Assembly: GCA_964612125.1 (NCBI GenBank)
Contig: CAZTBS010000001.1
Span: 10,900 to 74,899 of the forward strand
DNA length: 64,000 nt
Direction: 5' to 3'
Source of the DNA: an uncultured Leucobacter sp.
GTDB taxonomy: Bacteria; Actinomycetota; Actinomycetes; Actinomycetales; Microbacteriaceae
Shown: piece by piece, positions 31,381 to 42,303 of the stretch
How the letters are laid out: the number at the start of each line of letters is the position of its first letter
How positions within the stretch are numbered: position 1 is the stretch's first letter
The notes under the pieces: model-generated
Told to the model about the DNA's origin: nothing
The model's input: only the letters and a program-made list of their open reading frames with translations
The model's database searches: none
Program-made: the position numbers and the translations under genes

Positions 31381-32703
31381 TCATTCTTTCTCGGGCGCAT
31401 CGACCCACGCAGGGATTTCGCCAGTGTCTGTACCAACCCAACGCGCCGCAACTAGCACCAGACGCTGTCGCCTGCGCTCGGTCTTGGTGGCGGTAAGTTC
31501 AATCCCAGCGACAACCACGCTGTCCCCCGTTTCAGCCAGTTTGCCGAGGTGCTTCGCAACCAGCCCGCCAACGGTGTCGACCTCGTCATCTTCGAGTTCG
31601 ATTCCAAAGATTTCTCCCAGTCGATCAACCGGCAGTCGTGCGCTGATCCGGAACGATCCGTCATCCAACAGGGTGGCTTCTGGCTCGTCTCGGTCGTGCT
31701 CGTCGCTGATATCACCGAGCAGCTCTTCAATGAGATCTTCAAGGGTGACCAGACCGGAAATGCCCCCGTACTCATCGACGATCAATGCGAGGTGATTCGC
31801 CTCACGCTGCATCTGCCGCAGCAGCTCATCGGCGCGCTGCAATTCAGGCACAAACATTGCCGGTTTCATGATGCGAGTGACAGCCGCGGTCTCAGCCTCT
31901 TCGGGGCGGCGCAACGCGAAACCGCTTGCGTCCCGCAAGTAGACGACCCCCTCAACATCATCCGCGTCACCGGCAGCCACAACGGGCACACGAGAATGCC
32001 GGGAAGCCAGCATCACTTCAAGTGCCTCGCGCACGGACTGCTCAGCGTCAACTGTCACCATGTCAATACGCGGCAGCATCACCTCACGCACGAGCGTCGT
32101 GCCGAGCTCCATCACGGAGTGGATGTAATCGCGGTCGTCTTCTTCAATGAGATCTTGTTCCGTGGCTTGATCCACCATCGAGAGCAACTGCTGCTCGTCG
32201 CGAATGCGCACTCCGCCTGCGGCACGTCCGGGAGTGACTCGATCCCCAAAGCGCATCAGCGCGCCAGCGATCGGCCCCAAAGACAGCCGCACAAACCTCA
32301 TAAAACGCGCCGAGAAACGAATCACCGCTTCCGGGTGATGCGTGCCAACAGTGCGCGGACTGGAGCCCACCAGCACAAAGGTGCTCGCGGTCACGAGCAG
32401 CGCTGAAATCAGCAGGGCCAGCCAGAGCTGCGAAATCGTGGTCGCGAGCACCAGAGTAATCAGGACCGCCGAGAGCGCCTCAGCAGCAACCCTGCCAAAG
32501 CTGATGGCGTTGACGTGTGCGGCCTCGTCTTCGGCAATCGCGCGAAGTGCTGCACCGACGCGCGGTGAGCTGTCATCGGCAAGCGTCAGGAGCTCGGCAC
32601 GAGAACGCACCCCGAGCGCTGCATCACTGGCAGCCAGCAAGCCTCCGATGAGGAGCAGGAGGACTGCGCCACCGATGAAGAGTGCGATGAGTGCACCGCT
32701 CAT
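31381..32703 (-). CDS. CNNM/HlyC/CorC family transporter (DUF21-CBS-CorC_HlyC)
   Basis: 440 aa with an N-terminal 4-TM DUF21 domain, a CBS pair and a C-terminal CorC domain. It lies in the conserved phoH-ybeY-CNNM-era order. Confidence 0.9.
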   Translation of the reverse strand: MSGALIALFIGGAVLLLLIGGLLAASDAALGVRSRAELLTLADDSSPRVGAALRAIAEDEAAHVNAISFGRVAAEALSAVLITLVLATTISQLWLALLISALLVTASTFVLVGSSPRTVGTHHPEAVIRFSARFMRFVRLSLGPIAGALMRFGDRVTPGRAAGGVRIRDEQQLLSMVDQATEQDLIEEDDRDYIHSVMELGTTLVREVMLPRIDMVTVDAEQSVREALEVMLASRHSRVPVVAAGDADDVEGVVYLRDASGFALRRPEEAETAAVTRIMKPAMFVPELQRADELLRQMQREANHLALIVDEYGGISGLVTLEDLIEELLGDISDEHDRDEPEATLLDDGSFRISARLPVDRLGEIFGIELEDDEVDTVGGLVAKHLGKLAETGDSVVVAGIELTATKTERRRQRLVLVAARWVGTDTGEIPAWVDAPEKE

Positions 32704-33161
32704 TGGCGACGCTCGCGAGCCGCAAAGCTCAGTAGCAGGTCACGCTGCAGTCCAAACATTTCGGCTTCTTCGGCGGGTGTGGCGTGATCAAATCCGAGCA
32801 GGTGCAACATGCCGTGAGTGAGTAAGACCTGCAATTCTTGTGCGGTGCTATGGCCGGCGGCTTCCGCCTGCACCTGCGCCACCTGCGGGCAAATTACGAT
32901 GTCGCCCAGCAATCCGGCGGGAGTCGGAGCGTCGGCACGCCCCGGGCGTAGCTCGTCCATGGGAAAACTGAGCACATCGGTCGGGCCAGGCTCATCCATC
33001 CACTGCACATGGAGCTGCTCAATTGCGGCTTCATCAACGAGCACCACCCCAACCTCCGTCTGCGGGTGCACGTGCATGGACTCGAGCACAAAACCGGCAA
33101 GGCGCTGCAGCACTTCTTCGTCAGCCTCGACGCCGGACTCGTTATTGATCTCTACGCTCAC
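32700..33161 (-). CDS. ybeY: rRNA maturation endoribonuclease YbeY
   Basis: 153 aa with the zinc motif HGMLHLLGFDH. It has 4-nt overlaps with both neighbours. Confidence 0.95.
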   Translation of the reverse strand: MSVEINNESGVEADEEVLQRLAGFVLESMHVHPQTEVGVVLVDEAAIEQLHVQWMDEPGPTDVLSFPMDELRPGRADAPTPAGLLGDIVICPQVAQVQAEAAGHSTAQELQVLLTHGMLHLLGFDHATPAEEAEMFGLQRDLLLSFAARERRQ

Positions 33162-34192
33162 GACGTTCCTTCCTCGTGCCGACGCCGCTCTTCGTAGGCG
33201 GTGTAGGCATCCACAATTCGGCCCACTAGGCTGTGGCGCACAATGTCATCAGCGCTGAGCTCAGCGAAATGTATGTCCTCCACGCCGCGCAAAATGCGGC
33301 TGACAACGCGCAAACCGCTCGCCGCGATGGGCAGATCCACTTGGGTAATGTCGCCGGTGACGACCATCTTCGAGCCGTAACCGAGTCGGGTCAAAAACAT
33401 CTTCATCTGCTCGGGAGTCGTGTTCTGCGCCTCATCGAGAATCACAAACGACTCATTCAGGGTGCGGCCGCGCATGTAGGCGAGCGGCGCGACCTCGATG
33501 GTTCCGCTCGCGAGCAGCTTGGGCACCGCTTCCGCCTCCATCATGCTGCCGATCGCGTCAAACAGGGGCCGCAGGTAGGGGTCGATCTTCTCTTCGAGCG
33601 TGCCGGGCAGATACCCCAGTCGCTCCCCTGCTTCAACGGCCGGGCGTGTCAAGATGATTTTTGCGACCTCACGGCGCTGCAGGGCTTGCACCGCTTTGGC
33701 CATAGCGAGATAGGTCTTTCCCGTGCCGGCCGGACCAATGCCGAAGACCACCGTGTGACTATCGATGGCGTTCACGTATTCACGCTGCCCCTGCGTCTGC
33801 GGACGAACCGCATGGCCACGCACCGACAGAATGGGCTCACTGAGCACCTGTGCAGCGGTAGGCCCGGCACCACGCTGCACCATGCGGGTAACCTCACGAA
33901 CATCGTGGCGCGAGACGGCTCCCGCACGCCGTGCAACCTCGAGCACTTCGGCCACTACTTGCTCCGCAGCCTGCACCTCTGCTGCTGGGCCAATCAGCGT
34001 CAGCACGTGGTCACGCGCGTGGAACTCTACCTGCGGATGCTGCCGTTCCAGATCGGCAAGGAGCTGATCTCGATGGCCGAGAAATGATGCCAGATCAACA
34101 CCGGTGAGCAGAACCGTGCGCTGCAGCAGTGGATCACCCGCAGCCGAATGCGAGGGCGTAGTTTCATCGTGTGCTGCGGGTTCAGGAACCAA
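33158..34192 (-). CDS. phoH: PhoH family ATPase
   Basis: 344 aa with Walker A GPAGTGKTYLAMA and a PhoH core (ILDEAQNTT). Confidence 0.93.
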   Translation of the reverse strand: MVPEPAAHDETTPSHSAAGDPLLQRTVLLTGVDLASFLGHRDQLLADLERQHPQVEFHARDHVLTLIGPAAEVQAAEQVVAEVLEVARRAGAVSRHDVREVTRMVQRGAGPTAAQVLSEPILSVRGHAVRPQTQGQREYVNAIDSHTVVFGIGPAGTGKTYLAMAKAVQALQRREVAKIILTRPAVEAGERLGYLPGTLEEKIDPYLRPLFDAIGSMMEAEAVPKLLASGTIEVAPLAYMRGRTLNESFVILDEAQNTTPEQMKMFLTRLGYGSKMVVTGDITQVDLPIAASGLRVVSRILRGVEDIHFAELSADDIVRHSLVGRIVDAYTAYEERRRHEEGTS

Positions 34193-34532
34193 CGATCGCG
34201 CTCTCCTTCAGGCCACCCGCTAACACATGGGCGTGCACGTGAAATACTGTCTGGCCTGCGTTCGCGCCAGTATTAAACACCAGTCGGAAATCACCGTCGG
34301 CGTGTTCGTCAGCAATCTGCTGAGCAACACTCACGAGCTCGGCCAGAAGACCCGGATCTGCAGCGGCAAGCGCCACAACATCTGTGTAGTCGGTTGACTT
34401 TGGCACGACGAGCACATGCACAGGCGCCTGCGGCGCAATGTCACGGAACGCAATCACCCGCTCGGTCTCGACGAGCTTGTCTACGGGAATCTCACCCGCG
34501 ATGATCTTGCCGAAGACGGTTTGTTCTGCCAT
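34182..34532 (-). CDS. HIT family (histidine triad) protein
   Basis: 116 aa with FGKIIAGEIP and the triad HVHAHVLAG. Confidence 0.92.
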   Translation of the reverse strand: MAEQTVFGKIIAGEIPVDKLVETERVIAFRDIAPQAPVHVLVVPKSTDYTDVVALAAADPGLLAELVSVAQQIADEHADGDFRLVFNTGANAGQTVFHVHAHVLAGGLKESAIVGS

Positions 34533-34555
34533 GGTTCTAGCCTAGCCCGCTTCGC

Positions 34556-35311
34556 TTACCAACGCTGGAGTGCCTGGTTAAGAAGCACCAGCGCCGCTGG
34601 GCCAGCCGAAGAGGTGCGCAGCACTGTGTCCCCCAGTTGCAGCACCTCTGCCCCTGCGGACGCCAGCGCGGTGAGCTCGGCGTCGCTCATCCCGCCCTCC
34701 GGGCCAATCACCACCACGCACTCTCCCTGCGGCGATTGCAGCTCACGGCACCACTGACTGAGTTTCCGTTCTCCCCGTGGGTGCAGCACCAGCATGTGTG
34801 TCGCGGGCTGGGACGCCCACGCAGTGAGTTGGGCGAGTGCCACCGGGTCCTCCACCACGGGAATCCGAGCGCGCAGGGATTGCTTCGCCGCTTCTCTGGC
34901 CACTCGCTGCCACTTCGTTACTCCACGCGCTGCTTTCGTGTCATCCCAGCGTGACACCGAGCGCTGCGCTTGCCAGGGCACAATCCGATCCACGCCGAAC
35001 TCGGTGGCCTGCTCAACCGCGCGTTCATCGCGGTCGCCCTTCGCAAGTGCCTGCACCAGTACCAACTGCACCGCGGCATCTGCGCGCGCATGCCGCACCT
35101 GCGTGACGCGAATGTCACACGAGTCGCGATCCACCCGAATGACCTGACCGTCAGCGACCGAACCTGCCCCATCGCCGATGGAAATCTCCTCACCCACGCG
35201 GAGGCGACTCACGCGGACCGCGTGTCGGCCTTCATCACCGATGAGCCCGATCACACTGCCGAGCTGAAAATCCTGTGGACTGAGATCCTCGCGGTAATAC
35301 AGATGGGCCAT
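34556..35311 (-). CDS. rsmE: 16S rRNA (uracil1498-N3)-methyltransferase
   Basis: 251 aa with a PUA-like N-terminus and a SPOUT C-terminus (VVIGPEGGMSDAEL, LGDTVLRTSSA). It follows dnaJ, as in other actinobacteria. Confidence 0.9.
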   Translation of the reverse strand: MAHLYYREDLSPQDFQLGSVIGLIGDEGRHAVRVSRLRVGEEISIGDGAGSVADGQVIRVDRDSCDIRVTQVRHARADAAVQLVLVQALAKGDRDERAVEQATEFGVDRIVPWQAQRSVSRWDDTKAARGVTKWQRVAREAAKQSLRARIPVVEDPVALAQLTAWASQPATHMLVLHPRGERKLSQWCRELQSPQGECVVVIGPEGGMSDAELTALASAGAEVLQLGDTVLRTSSAGPAALVLLNQALQRW

Positions 35312-35317
35312 CTGCGA

Positions 35318-36415
35318 CTAGCCCTGCCGGAAGAAGCGGTCCCGGATCTTCCCGAAAAAGCCCTGCTGGAACTCGCCCAATGTCGGCGGCTCGTCTTTCC
35401 GCAGGGCAGCCAACTGTCGCACCAGCTCTCGTTCCCGCCCGGAGAGCTTCGTTGGTGTGACCACCTGCACCGCAATGCGCAAATCTCCCCGCGTTGTGGA
35501 TCGCAGTGCCTGGATCCCCCGCCCACGCACGGTGATCACGTCACCCGACTGCACGCCAGCCGGGACTTCAATCTCCACGTCTCCGTCAAGCGCGGCAACG
35601 GTGGTTTCCGCGCCTAAAATCGCATCGGTCATGCTGACCTGCGCCGTCGCCAGGAGATCGTTGCCTTCTCTGCTGAAGACGTCATGATGCATGACACGGA
35701 ATTCAATGAAGAGGTCACCGTTGGGTCCGCCCGCGGGCCCAACCTCGCCGCCGCCGCGCATCTGCAGACGGGTGCCGGTATCGATCCCGGAGGGGATGTC
35801 AATCTGCATCGTGCGGCGTTCGCGCACTCTCCCCTTGCCGCCGCACTCGACGCAGGGGTGCGGAATGACCGTGCCGTACCCGGAGCAACTGCCACAGGGG
35901 TGCATCGTGACCACATTGCCAAACAGCGAACGCACCTGCCGCTGCACCTGGCCAACACCGCCACACACGTCACACGTGGCCGGAGACGTGCCGGGCTGAC
36001 AGCAGCTTCCGGAGCAGGTGCCACACAATACCGCAGTGTTGATCGTGATCTCGCGTTGAACGCCGAAGATGACTTCTGCCAACTCGACGTCGACACGGAT
36101 CATCGCATCATCGCCTCGCTCGGCGCGCGAGCGCGGACCGCGTTGCCCACCGCCAAAACCACCACCGAAGAAGGTCTCGAAGATATCCCCGAAGCCTCCC
36201 ATCTGGCCCTGGTCTCCACCCATGTCATAGCGCTGACGTTCGTTCGGGTCGCTCAGCACGTCATAGGCGTGCGTGACCGATTTGAAGCGCTCTGCAGCAT
36301 CTTCACTGGGGTTCACATCAGGGTGCAGCTCGCGCGCAAGCCGACGATACGCCTTCTTAATCTCATCGGCGGTCGCCTCGCGTGAGACGCCGAGAGTTTC
36401 ATAGTGGTCCGCCAC
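35318..36415 (-). CDS. dnaJ: Molecular chaperone DnaJ (hrcA-linked copy)
   Basis: 365 aa with a J domain ([33 protein letters not shown]), a G/F region and four CxxCxGxG zinc-finger repeats. Confidence 0.96.
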   Translation of the reverse strand: MADHYETLGVSREATADEIKKAYRRLARELHPDVNPSEDAAERFKSVTHAYDVLSDPNERQRYDMGGDQGQMGGFGDIFETFFGGGFGGGQRGPRSRAERGDDAMIRVDVELAEVIFGVQREITINTAVLCGTCSGSCCQPGTSPATCDVCGGVGQVQRQVRSLFGNVVTMHPCGSCSGYGTVIPHPCVECGGKGRVRERRTMQIDIPSGIDTGTRLQMRGGGEVGPAGGPNGDLFIEFRVMHHDVFSREGNDLLATAQVSMTDAILGAETTVAALDGDVEIEVPAGVQSGDVITVRGRGIQALRSTTRGDLRIAVQVVTPTKLSGRERELVRQLAALRKDEPPTLGEFQQGFFGKIRDRFFRQG

Positions 36416-36486
36416 GGTGTGCAGCCTCTCCTTGTAATACGTTTGGGAAATTTGCGGTGCTCGTGACCGGTGTCACGTCCGCCGCA

Positions 36487-37521
36487 TCAGGTTTCGTCGA
36501 GCAGTCGGCTGAGGTAGCGCGCAACCGCACGCACGGTCGCGATATTTGATGCATAGTCCATGCGTGTTGATCCCAACACACCGAGGGTGGATCTGGTGTC
36601 CCCATCAACCTCATAGCTGGAAGCGATGACTGAGGCACCCTCGAGACCGTATGGTTCGTTTTCGCGACCGATTGAAGCAGCGACCGGGCGGTCATCGTGC
36701 GCCAGTTCACCGAACAACCGCAACAAAGTCACCTGTTCCTCGATGGCCTCAAGCACGGCGGAGAGATTACCGGTGAACTCGCCGGGACGCGAGAGATTTG
36801 CCGTTCCCGAGATCGTGATGCGCTCGCTGCGATTTGCCTGCAACTGACTCAGCACCACATCGAGCACGCGTCGCACCAGTTCTGCTTCACCAGCTTGCGC
36901 CCATTCATCCAGCGTCTCGAGGAGCTGGTGGGCAGCAGTCACCGCTGACTCCAGGTCTTGGCCGACGATGGCACCGGCCAAGCGGTCACGTAAACCGTGC
37001 ACCCATGTGTCCGTGACCTGGGCAGCGGGCAAACTGGCCACCTGCTGCTCCACCACACCGGTGCCAAGAATGATCACGCACAGCACACGATTCTCGCCGA
37101 CCGCGACGAGATCGATGTGCCGCACTTGCGTGCGGCGCAGCGAGGGATACTGGACCACCGCAACCTGATTCGTCAGCTGAGCCAGGAGTCGAACAGTGCG
37201 CCCGAGTGCGTCATCGAGATCGCTTGCTTCTCCTAAGAATCGTTCAATGGCGGATCGCTGTGCGGCCGACAAGGGGCGGAGCTTGCTGAGCGTATCGACG
37301 TACAGTCGGTACCCCTTATCGGTGGGGATGCGTCCTGAAGAGGTGTGGGGGGCAACAATCAGCTCTTCGTCTTCGAGCATTGCCATGTCGTTCCGAATCG
37401 TCGCCGCAGACACTCCGAAGCGATGCCGCTCCACGATGGCCTTCGACCCGACCGGCTCATTCGAAGCCACGAAATCGCTGACAATTGCGTGGAGTACCGC
37501 AAGACTCCTGTCAGAAACCAT
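36487..37521 (-). CDS. hrcA: Heat-inducible transcription repressor HrcA
   Basis: 344 aa with SDRSLAVLHAIVSDFVASNEPVGSKAIV and SAATIRNDMAMLE. A CIRCE element lies immediately upstream. Confidence 0.96.
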   Translation of the reverse strand: MVSDRSLAVLHAIVSDFVASNEPVGSKAIVERHRFGVSAATIRNDMAMLEDEELIVAPHTSSGRIPTDKGYRLYVDTLSKLRPLSAAQRSAIERFLGEASDLDDALGRTVRLLAQLTNQVAVVQYPSLRRTQVRHIDLVAVGENRVLCVIILGTGVVEQQVASLPAAQVTDTWVHGLRDRLAGAIVGQDLESAVTAAHQLLETLDEWAQAGEAELVRRVLDVVLSQLQANRSERITISGTANLSRPGEFTGNLSAVLEAIEEQVTLLRLFGELAHDDRPVAASIGRENEPYGLEGASVIASSYEVDGDTRSTLGVLGSTRMDYASNIATVRAVARYLSRLLDET

Positions 37522-37534
37522 GCCGCCCTCCCGC

Positions 37535-37561
37535 TTGGCACTCCCTACAGATGAGTGCCAA
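37535..37561 (-). promoter_or_regulatory. CIRCE operator (HrcA binding site)
   Basis: TTGGCACTC-N9-GAGTGCCAA is a perfect 9-bp inverted repeat. It has one symmetric deviation from the consensus TTAGCACTC-N9-GAGTGCTAA. It lies 14 nt upstream of the hrcA ATG, between the hemW stop and hrcA. Confidence 0.9.
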
Positions 37562-37563
37562 GT

Positions 37564-38787
37564 CTACCCGAGGAGGCTGTGTACAACGGTGTCTGCCAAC
37601 AGCCTGCCTCGCAGCGTCGGAATGACACGCCCACCCAGCGCGGCGGGCCCCTCCACCAGGCCATTTGCGATGAGTTCCGCAACGACACGGCGTTCCTGCG
37701 GAAGCAACACCTCAGTAGGAAGACCGCTGGCAATCCGAGTCTCGAGTAAGACTCGCTCGTGCCGACGCGCTTCGGGATCGAGCACCTCTCGCGCCTGCGC
37801 TGGGGAGACTCCCGCAGCGATGCGCTCAGCATAGGCGCGCGGATGCTTCACGTTCCACCAACGCGTTCCACCGACATGGCTGTGCGCGCCCGGGCCAGCT
37901 CCCCACCAGTCGGCTCCTTGCCAGTAGGCAAGATTATGGCGCGAACGCGTGTCTTCAGCCTTCGCCCAGTTACTGATCTCGTACCACTGAAACCCAGCGG
38001 CAGCGAACTTGGCGTCCGCCAGTTCATACATATCGGCGTGCAAGTCATCGTCTGGCGCGGCGACCTCACCGCGTCGAATCTGCGCTGCGAGCTTTGTGCC
38101 CGACTCAACAATGAGCGCATACGCAGAGATATGGTCGGGCGCGCACCCCAGAGCGGCATTGACTGAATTTTCCCAGTCGGCAATGGTCTCACCCGGGGTG
38201 CCATAGATCAGATCAAGGCTCACCTGCAAACCAGCGTCCCGGGCCCAGGCAACAACCTGGGGAACCCGCGCCGGGTCATGTGTGCGGTCGAGCGTGGCGA
38301 GCACCTGTGGCACTGCAGACTGCATGCCGAAGCTCACCCGAGTAAAGCCGCCGTCGGCCAACTGTCTCAGGTAGGTGGCATCAACCGAGTCCGGGTTCGC
38401 CTCGGTGGTAATCTCGGCGTCGTCGCGCAGACCCCACGCCTGGCGCACAGCGTCCAGCATGGACACCAGATCGGAAGCTGGCAAGAGCGTGGGGGTGCCG
38501 CCACCGAAGAAGACCGTCGCAGCCTCCCGTTCTGGCACTCCAGCCGCACGCAGCACGCTGGCGCCAAACCTCAACTCTTGCGTAACCTGAGCGGCGTAGT
38601 CGCTCTGGTTCGCGCCGGGCAATTCGGCTGCCGTATAGGTGTTGAAGTCACAGTAACCACAGCGCACTCGGCAATACGGAACGTGTATGTAGACGCCGAA
38701 GTCTCGCGACGCGGCTCCGTCGCGGACGCTCGCAGGTAAGCTGCCGTCTGCCGGCGCTGGCCCACCGGTGGGTGCTTGGGCCGCCAC
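37564..38787 (-). CDS. hemW: Radical SAM family heme chaperone HemW (coproporphyrinogen III oxidase-like)
   Basis: 407 aa with the radical-SAM cluster motif YIHVPYCRVRCGYCDFNT and a HemN_C-like C-terminus. GTG start. Confidence 0.92.
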   Translation of the reverse strand: MAAQAPTGGPAPADGSLPASVRDGAASRDFGVYIHVPYCRVRCGYCDFNTYTAAELPGANQSDYAAQVTQELRFGASVLRAAGVPEREAATVFFGGGTPTLLPASDLVSMLDAVRQAWGLRDDAEITTEANPDSVDATYLRQLADGGFTRVSFGMQSAVPQVLATLDRTHDPARVPQVVAWARDAGLQVSLDLIYGTPGETIADWENSVNAALGCAPDHISAYALIVESGTKLAAQIRRGEVAAPDDDLHADMYELADAKFAAAGFQWYEISNWAKAEDTRSRHNLAYWQGADWWGAGPGAHSHVGGTRWWNVKHPRAYAERIAAGVSPAQAREVLDPEARRHERVLLETRIASGLPTEVLLPQERRVVAELIANGLVEGPAALGGRVIPTLRGRLLADTVVHSLLG

Positions 38788-38790
38788 CGA

Positions 38791-39522
38791 TCAGCTGCCG
38801 TGACCCAGCGACTCAGAGCTTGCCGCGTCAGTGTCCCCCGACTCAGCCCTGGCATCCGGAGGCGTCTCAATAGCTTCTTCGGCAACGGACTGACCCCCCG
38901 GCGCGAGTGCGGCGAGCTGATCTTTTGCCTGTTTCACTACGTAGCGGATCGCTGCGCGTCCCTTGAGCCCCAGAAAGCCCGCACTCGGTGCCCACAGGAA
39001 TCCCCGTACGGTTGCCCACACCGAATCATCTTCACGGTGCTCAACAGCGAAAGCTTCTTCGCCGATTACGCCGTCGCCGTCCGCACTGCCAATCGCGTAG
39101 CCCACCCGCGCGGCCTCGTCGATGGTGTACACCACACGAACTTGGCGGGATGTCACATCGTCCGGCCAGACGAAGCGCGCGACGGTACCAGCGGTGAGAT
39201 AGGGCTCGCCATCCGGCCCGAACTGCACTTCGGGTGCGGTCGCGGGTTCAGGGACTCCTGCGGGAGTGAAGGTCACCCCCGCATACTGACCCCCGTCTCC
39301 TGGCACAACATCGGTCACGCGGATGCCGACACCGCGTGGCGCGCCCCAGGTCATGAGCAGGCTTGACGCGGTGAGAAACCGCTCCGCCCCACTCCCGAGG
39401 CGCAGCTCATCAAAGTACGGCGTGGCACCCTCGGGCGGGAAGCGCAGCAAGTCGGGATTGGCGGATGCGCCCACCGCCGCGTAGAGCACCTCATGCTCAA
39501 CGTGGGTGGAGCGCCGCGTCAC
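38791..39522 (-). CDS. DUF1990 family protein
   Basis: 243 aa with [13 protein letters not shown]...LLMTWG and ..[23 protein letters not shown], as in DUF1990. The GTG overlaps the lepA stop (GTGA 39519-39522). Confidence 0.75.
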   Translation of the reverse strand: MTRRSTHVEHEVLYAAVGASANPDLLRFPPEGATPYFDELRLGSGAERFLTASSLLMTWGAPRGVGIRVTDVVPGDGGQYAGVTFTPAGVPEPATAPEVQFGPDGEPYLTAGTVARFVWPDDVTSRQVRVVYTIDEAARVGYAIGSADGDGVIGEEAFAVEHREDDSVWATVRGFLWAPSAGFLGLKGRAAIRYVVKQAKDQLAALAPGGQSVAEEAIETPPDARAESGDTDAASSESLGHGS

Positions 39523-41369
39523 TTTTTCTGCTCCTTGCCTTCCACGTCGCCCGACAGCGCGGCAATAAAAGCCTCCTGCGGAACCTCGACACGGCCGACC
39601 ATCTTCATGCGCTTCTTGCCTTCCTTCTGCTTTTCAAGCAGCTTACGCTTGCGGCTAATGTCGCCGCCATAGCATTTGGCCAGCACATCCTTACGAATCG
39701 CGCGAATCGTCTCACGCGCGATCACCCGGGCTCCAATCGCGGCCTGAATGGGCACCTCGAACTGCTGCCTGGGGATGAGCTTGCGCAGCCGCTCGGTCAT
39801 CATCGTGCCGTAGTGATAGGCGCTGTCGCGATGCACGATCGCACTGAAGGCATCAACCTTGTCACCCTGCAGCAGAATATCGACCTTCACAAGGTCGGCT
39901 TCTTGCTCGCCCATCGGCTCATAGTCCAGGCTGGCATAGCCTTGGGTGCGGCTCTTCAGGTGATCAAAGAAATCGAACACAATCTCGCCCAGTGGCATGG
40001 CGTAGCGCAGCTCAACACGCTCACCCAGGTACTCCATGCCAAGCAGACTGCCGCGCCTGCTCTGACAGAGTTCCATGATGGTGCCGACATAGTCTTTCGG
40101 AGCGAGAATCGCGACCCGCACCATGGGCTCGCGGACACTCATGATCTTGCCATCCGGGTATTCCGACGGGTTCGTGACGGTAATCTCCTCGCCGTCTTCG
40201 CGTGTGACCTGATACACCACACTGGGCGCCGTGGCGATCAGATCGAGATCAAACTCACGCCGGAGGCGCTCTGAAATGATCTCGAGGTGCAACAGCCCCA
40301 GGAAACCGCACCGGAAGCCGAATCCCAGCGCCACCGAGGTTTCGGGTTCGTACTGCAGCGCCGCATCAGACAATTTCAGCTTGTCGAGCGCCTCGCGAAG
40401 CACCGGATAATCGCTGCCGTCGATGGGGTAGAGCCCCGAGAACACCATGGGCTTCGGGTCGGTGTATCCGGGCAGCGGATCACTGGCGGGCTGCAACTTG
40501 CCCGTCACCGTGTCACCGACCTTCGACTGCCGCACGTCTTTCACTCCGGTGATGAGATACCCCACCTCACCCACCGACAGGCCCTTCGTGGGAGTCGGCT
40601 CCGGAGCGGACACACCGATTTCGAGCGCTTCGTGTTCAGCGCCCGTCGACAACATCTTGATCTTCTCGCGCGGCGTCAGTCGACCGTCCACCATCCGCAC
40701 GTAGGTCACCACACCACGATACGGGTCATAGACCGAGTCAAAGATCATCGCACGCGCTGGTGCGGCCGCATCGCCCACAGGTGCGGGGATCCGCTCGACC
40801 ACCCGGTCAAGCAGCTCCTCCACTCCCATGCCTGTTTTCCCAGAGACCTTCAGAATGTCTTCCGGATCGCCACCAATCAGATCGGCAATTTCGCGGGCGA
40901 CTCGCTCAGGATCGGCGGCGGGCAGGTCGATCTTGTTGAGCACCGGAATGATCTCAAGATCGTTTTCCATCGCGAGATACAGGTTCGCAAGGGTCTGCGC
41001 TTCGATCCCCTGCGCCGCATCAACGAGCAGGATGGCCCCTTCGCATGCAGCCAAGGATCGCGACACCTCATAGCTGAAGTCGACGTGACCCGGTGTGTCG
41101 ATCATGTTGAGCGCGTAGGAGCGCCCATCAACGTCCCACGGCATGCGCACTGCCTGCGACTTAATGGTGATACCGCGCTCGCGCTCGATGTCCATACGAT
41201 CGAGATACTGCGCGCGCATCTCACGGTCGGGCACGGTGCCCGTGATTTGCAACATGCGATCGGCAAGGGTTGATTTGCCGTGATCGATGTGGGCAATGAT
41301 GCAAAAATTGCGGATCTGCGCCGGGTCAGTGGCTGCCGGAACTGGAGGGTGAACGCTGCGTGGAGACAT
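39519..41369 (-). CDS. lepA: Translation elongation factor 4
   Basis: 616 aa with [33 protein letters not shown] and the LepA C-terminal domain. Confidence 0.97.
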   Translation of the reverse strand: MSPRSVHPPVPAATDPAQIRNFCIIAHIDHGKSTLADRMLQITGTVPDREMRAQYLDRMDIERERGITIKSQAVRMPWDVDGRSYALNMIDTPGHVDFSYEVSRSLAACEGAILLVDAAQGIEAQTLANLYLAMENDLEIIPVLNKIDLPAADPERVAREIADLIGGDPEDILKVSGKTGMGVEELLDRVVERIPAPVGDAAAPARAMIFDSVYDPYRGVVTYVRMVDGRLTPREKIKMLSTGAEHEALEIGVSAPEPTPTKGLSVGEVGYLITGVKDVRQSKVGDTVTGKLQPASDPLPGYTDPKPMVFSGLYPIDGSDYPVLREALDKLKLSDAALQYEPETSVALGFGFRCGFLGLLHLEIISERLRREFDLDLIATAPSVVYQVTREDGEEITVTNPSEYPDGKIMSVREPMVRVAILAPKDYVGTIMELCQSRRGSLLGMEYLGERVELRYAMPLGEIVFDFFDHLKSRTQGYASLDYEPMGEQEADLVKVDILLQGDKVDAFSAIVHRDSAYHYGTMMTERLRKLIPRQQFEVPIQAAIGARVIARETIRAIRKDVLAKCYGGDISRKRKLLEKQKEGKKRMKMVGRVEVPQEAFIAALSGDVEGKEQKK

Positions 41370-41390
41370 TGCCTTCTATTCTCGCATGAC

Positions 41391-41419
41391 ACAACAGAAA
41401 ACCCCGCCGGAGCGGGGTT
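41391..41419 (-). terminator. Rho-independent terminator of rpsT
   Basis: On the minus strand the sequence is AACCCCGC-tccg-GCGGGGTT followed by TTCTGTTGT. It lies 22 nt after the rpsT stop (TAG 41444-41442). Confidence 0.8.
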
Positions 41420-41441
41420 CTCGTTGCTGGTCTGAGTTCAG

Positions 41442-41702
41442 CTAGAGCGCTGCGACCTTCACTGCAAGCTTTGACTTGCGGTTAGCGGCCTGGTTCTTGT
41501 GAATGACACCCTTGGAGACTGCCTTGTCAAGCTTGCGGGCAGCAAGAGCGTACTTCTGCTCAGCAACCGCCTTGTCGCCTGCAGCGATCGCCTGGCGGGT
41601 CTGACGCACAAGCGTGCGCAGCTCACTCTTGTATGCGCGGTTACGCTCGGTCGCCTTCTGGTTAGTCTTGATCCGCTTGATCTGCGACTTAATGTTTGCC
41701 AC
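41442..41702 (-). CDS. rpsT: 30S ribosomal protein S20
   Basis: 86 aa starting [29 protein letters not shown] start. Confidence 0.96.
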   Translation of the reverse strand: MANIKSQIKRIKTNQKATERNRAYKSELRTLVRQTRQAIAAGDKAVAEQKYALAARKLDKAVSKGVIHKNQAANRKSKLAVKVAAL

Positions 41703-41773
41703 GTGGGTAGTTTCCTTTGTGTAAAGCCTGGGTTTTGAAGTTTCGCACGGTGAGAGAGGGCACCGTACGAAGG

Positions 41774-41791
41774 GTGTGGATCACTCCACAC
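41774..41791 (-). terminator. Weak hairpin after the thioesterase gene
   Basis: GTGTGGA-tcac-TCCACAC is a 7-bp stem about 27 nt downstream of the stop at 41818. There is no U tract. Confidence 0.25.
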
Positions 41792-41817
41792 GCAAGCCAA
41801 TGATCAAGCCTAGCAGA

Positions 41818-42294
41818 TCACACGGCTCCGCGGCGCCCGAGCACGAGCGGCTCGTCACGCCAAGGTTCCACGGAGGCGCGCCCCTCGGCACTCAAACGCA
41901 CCGGACGGAGCGTGACTCCGTCGACGATGACCACGGTCGTGATCGCGCGGGCCACCACTGTGCGTTCAAGCTGCGTGGTGTCAACAAGTTCATAGTGCAC
42001 CTCGAGGCTTGAGCCGCCGAGCTTACCGATCCACAGCTCTACCAACACAGGCTGGCTGCCGTACTCGAGCACACGCAAGAATTCAATCTGCTGACTTGCA
42101 ACCAGCATCTTCGGTCCAGTCGGATCGTCACCCCGGAAGTGACGTTCCATCCCAGTCTGCTCGCGTGCAGTGCCCAGCCAGAACACGCGCACGCGGGACT
42201 CTTCGAGGTAGCGCGCGTAGGCCACATTGTTGATGTGGCCGTACGCGTCCTGGTCGCCCCAGCGCAGTTCAATATCGAGATGCACCCGTGCCAT
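41818..42294 (-). CDS. Acyl-CoA thioesterase (hotdog fold, YbgC-like)
   Basis: 158 aa with LRWGDQDAYGHINNVAYARYLEESR, typical of 4HBT/YbgC thioesterases. Confidence 0.85.
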   Translation of the reverse strand: MARVHLDIELRWGDQDAYGHINNVAYARYLEESRVRVFWLGTAREQTGMERHFRGDDPTGPKMLVASQQIEFLRVLEYGSQPVLVELWIGKLGGSSLEVHYELVDTTQLERTVVARAITTVVIVDGVTLRPVRLSAEGRASVEPWRDEPLVLGRRGAV

Positions 42295-42303
42295 GAGCCT
42301 GGC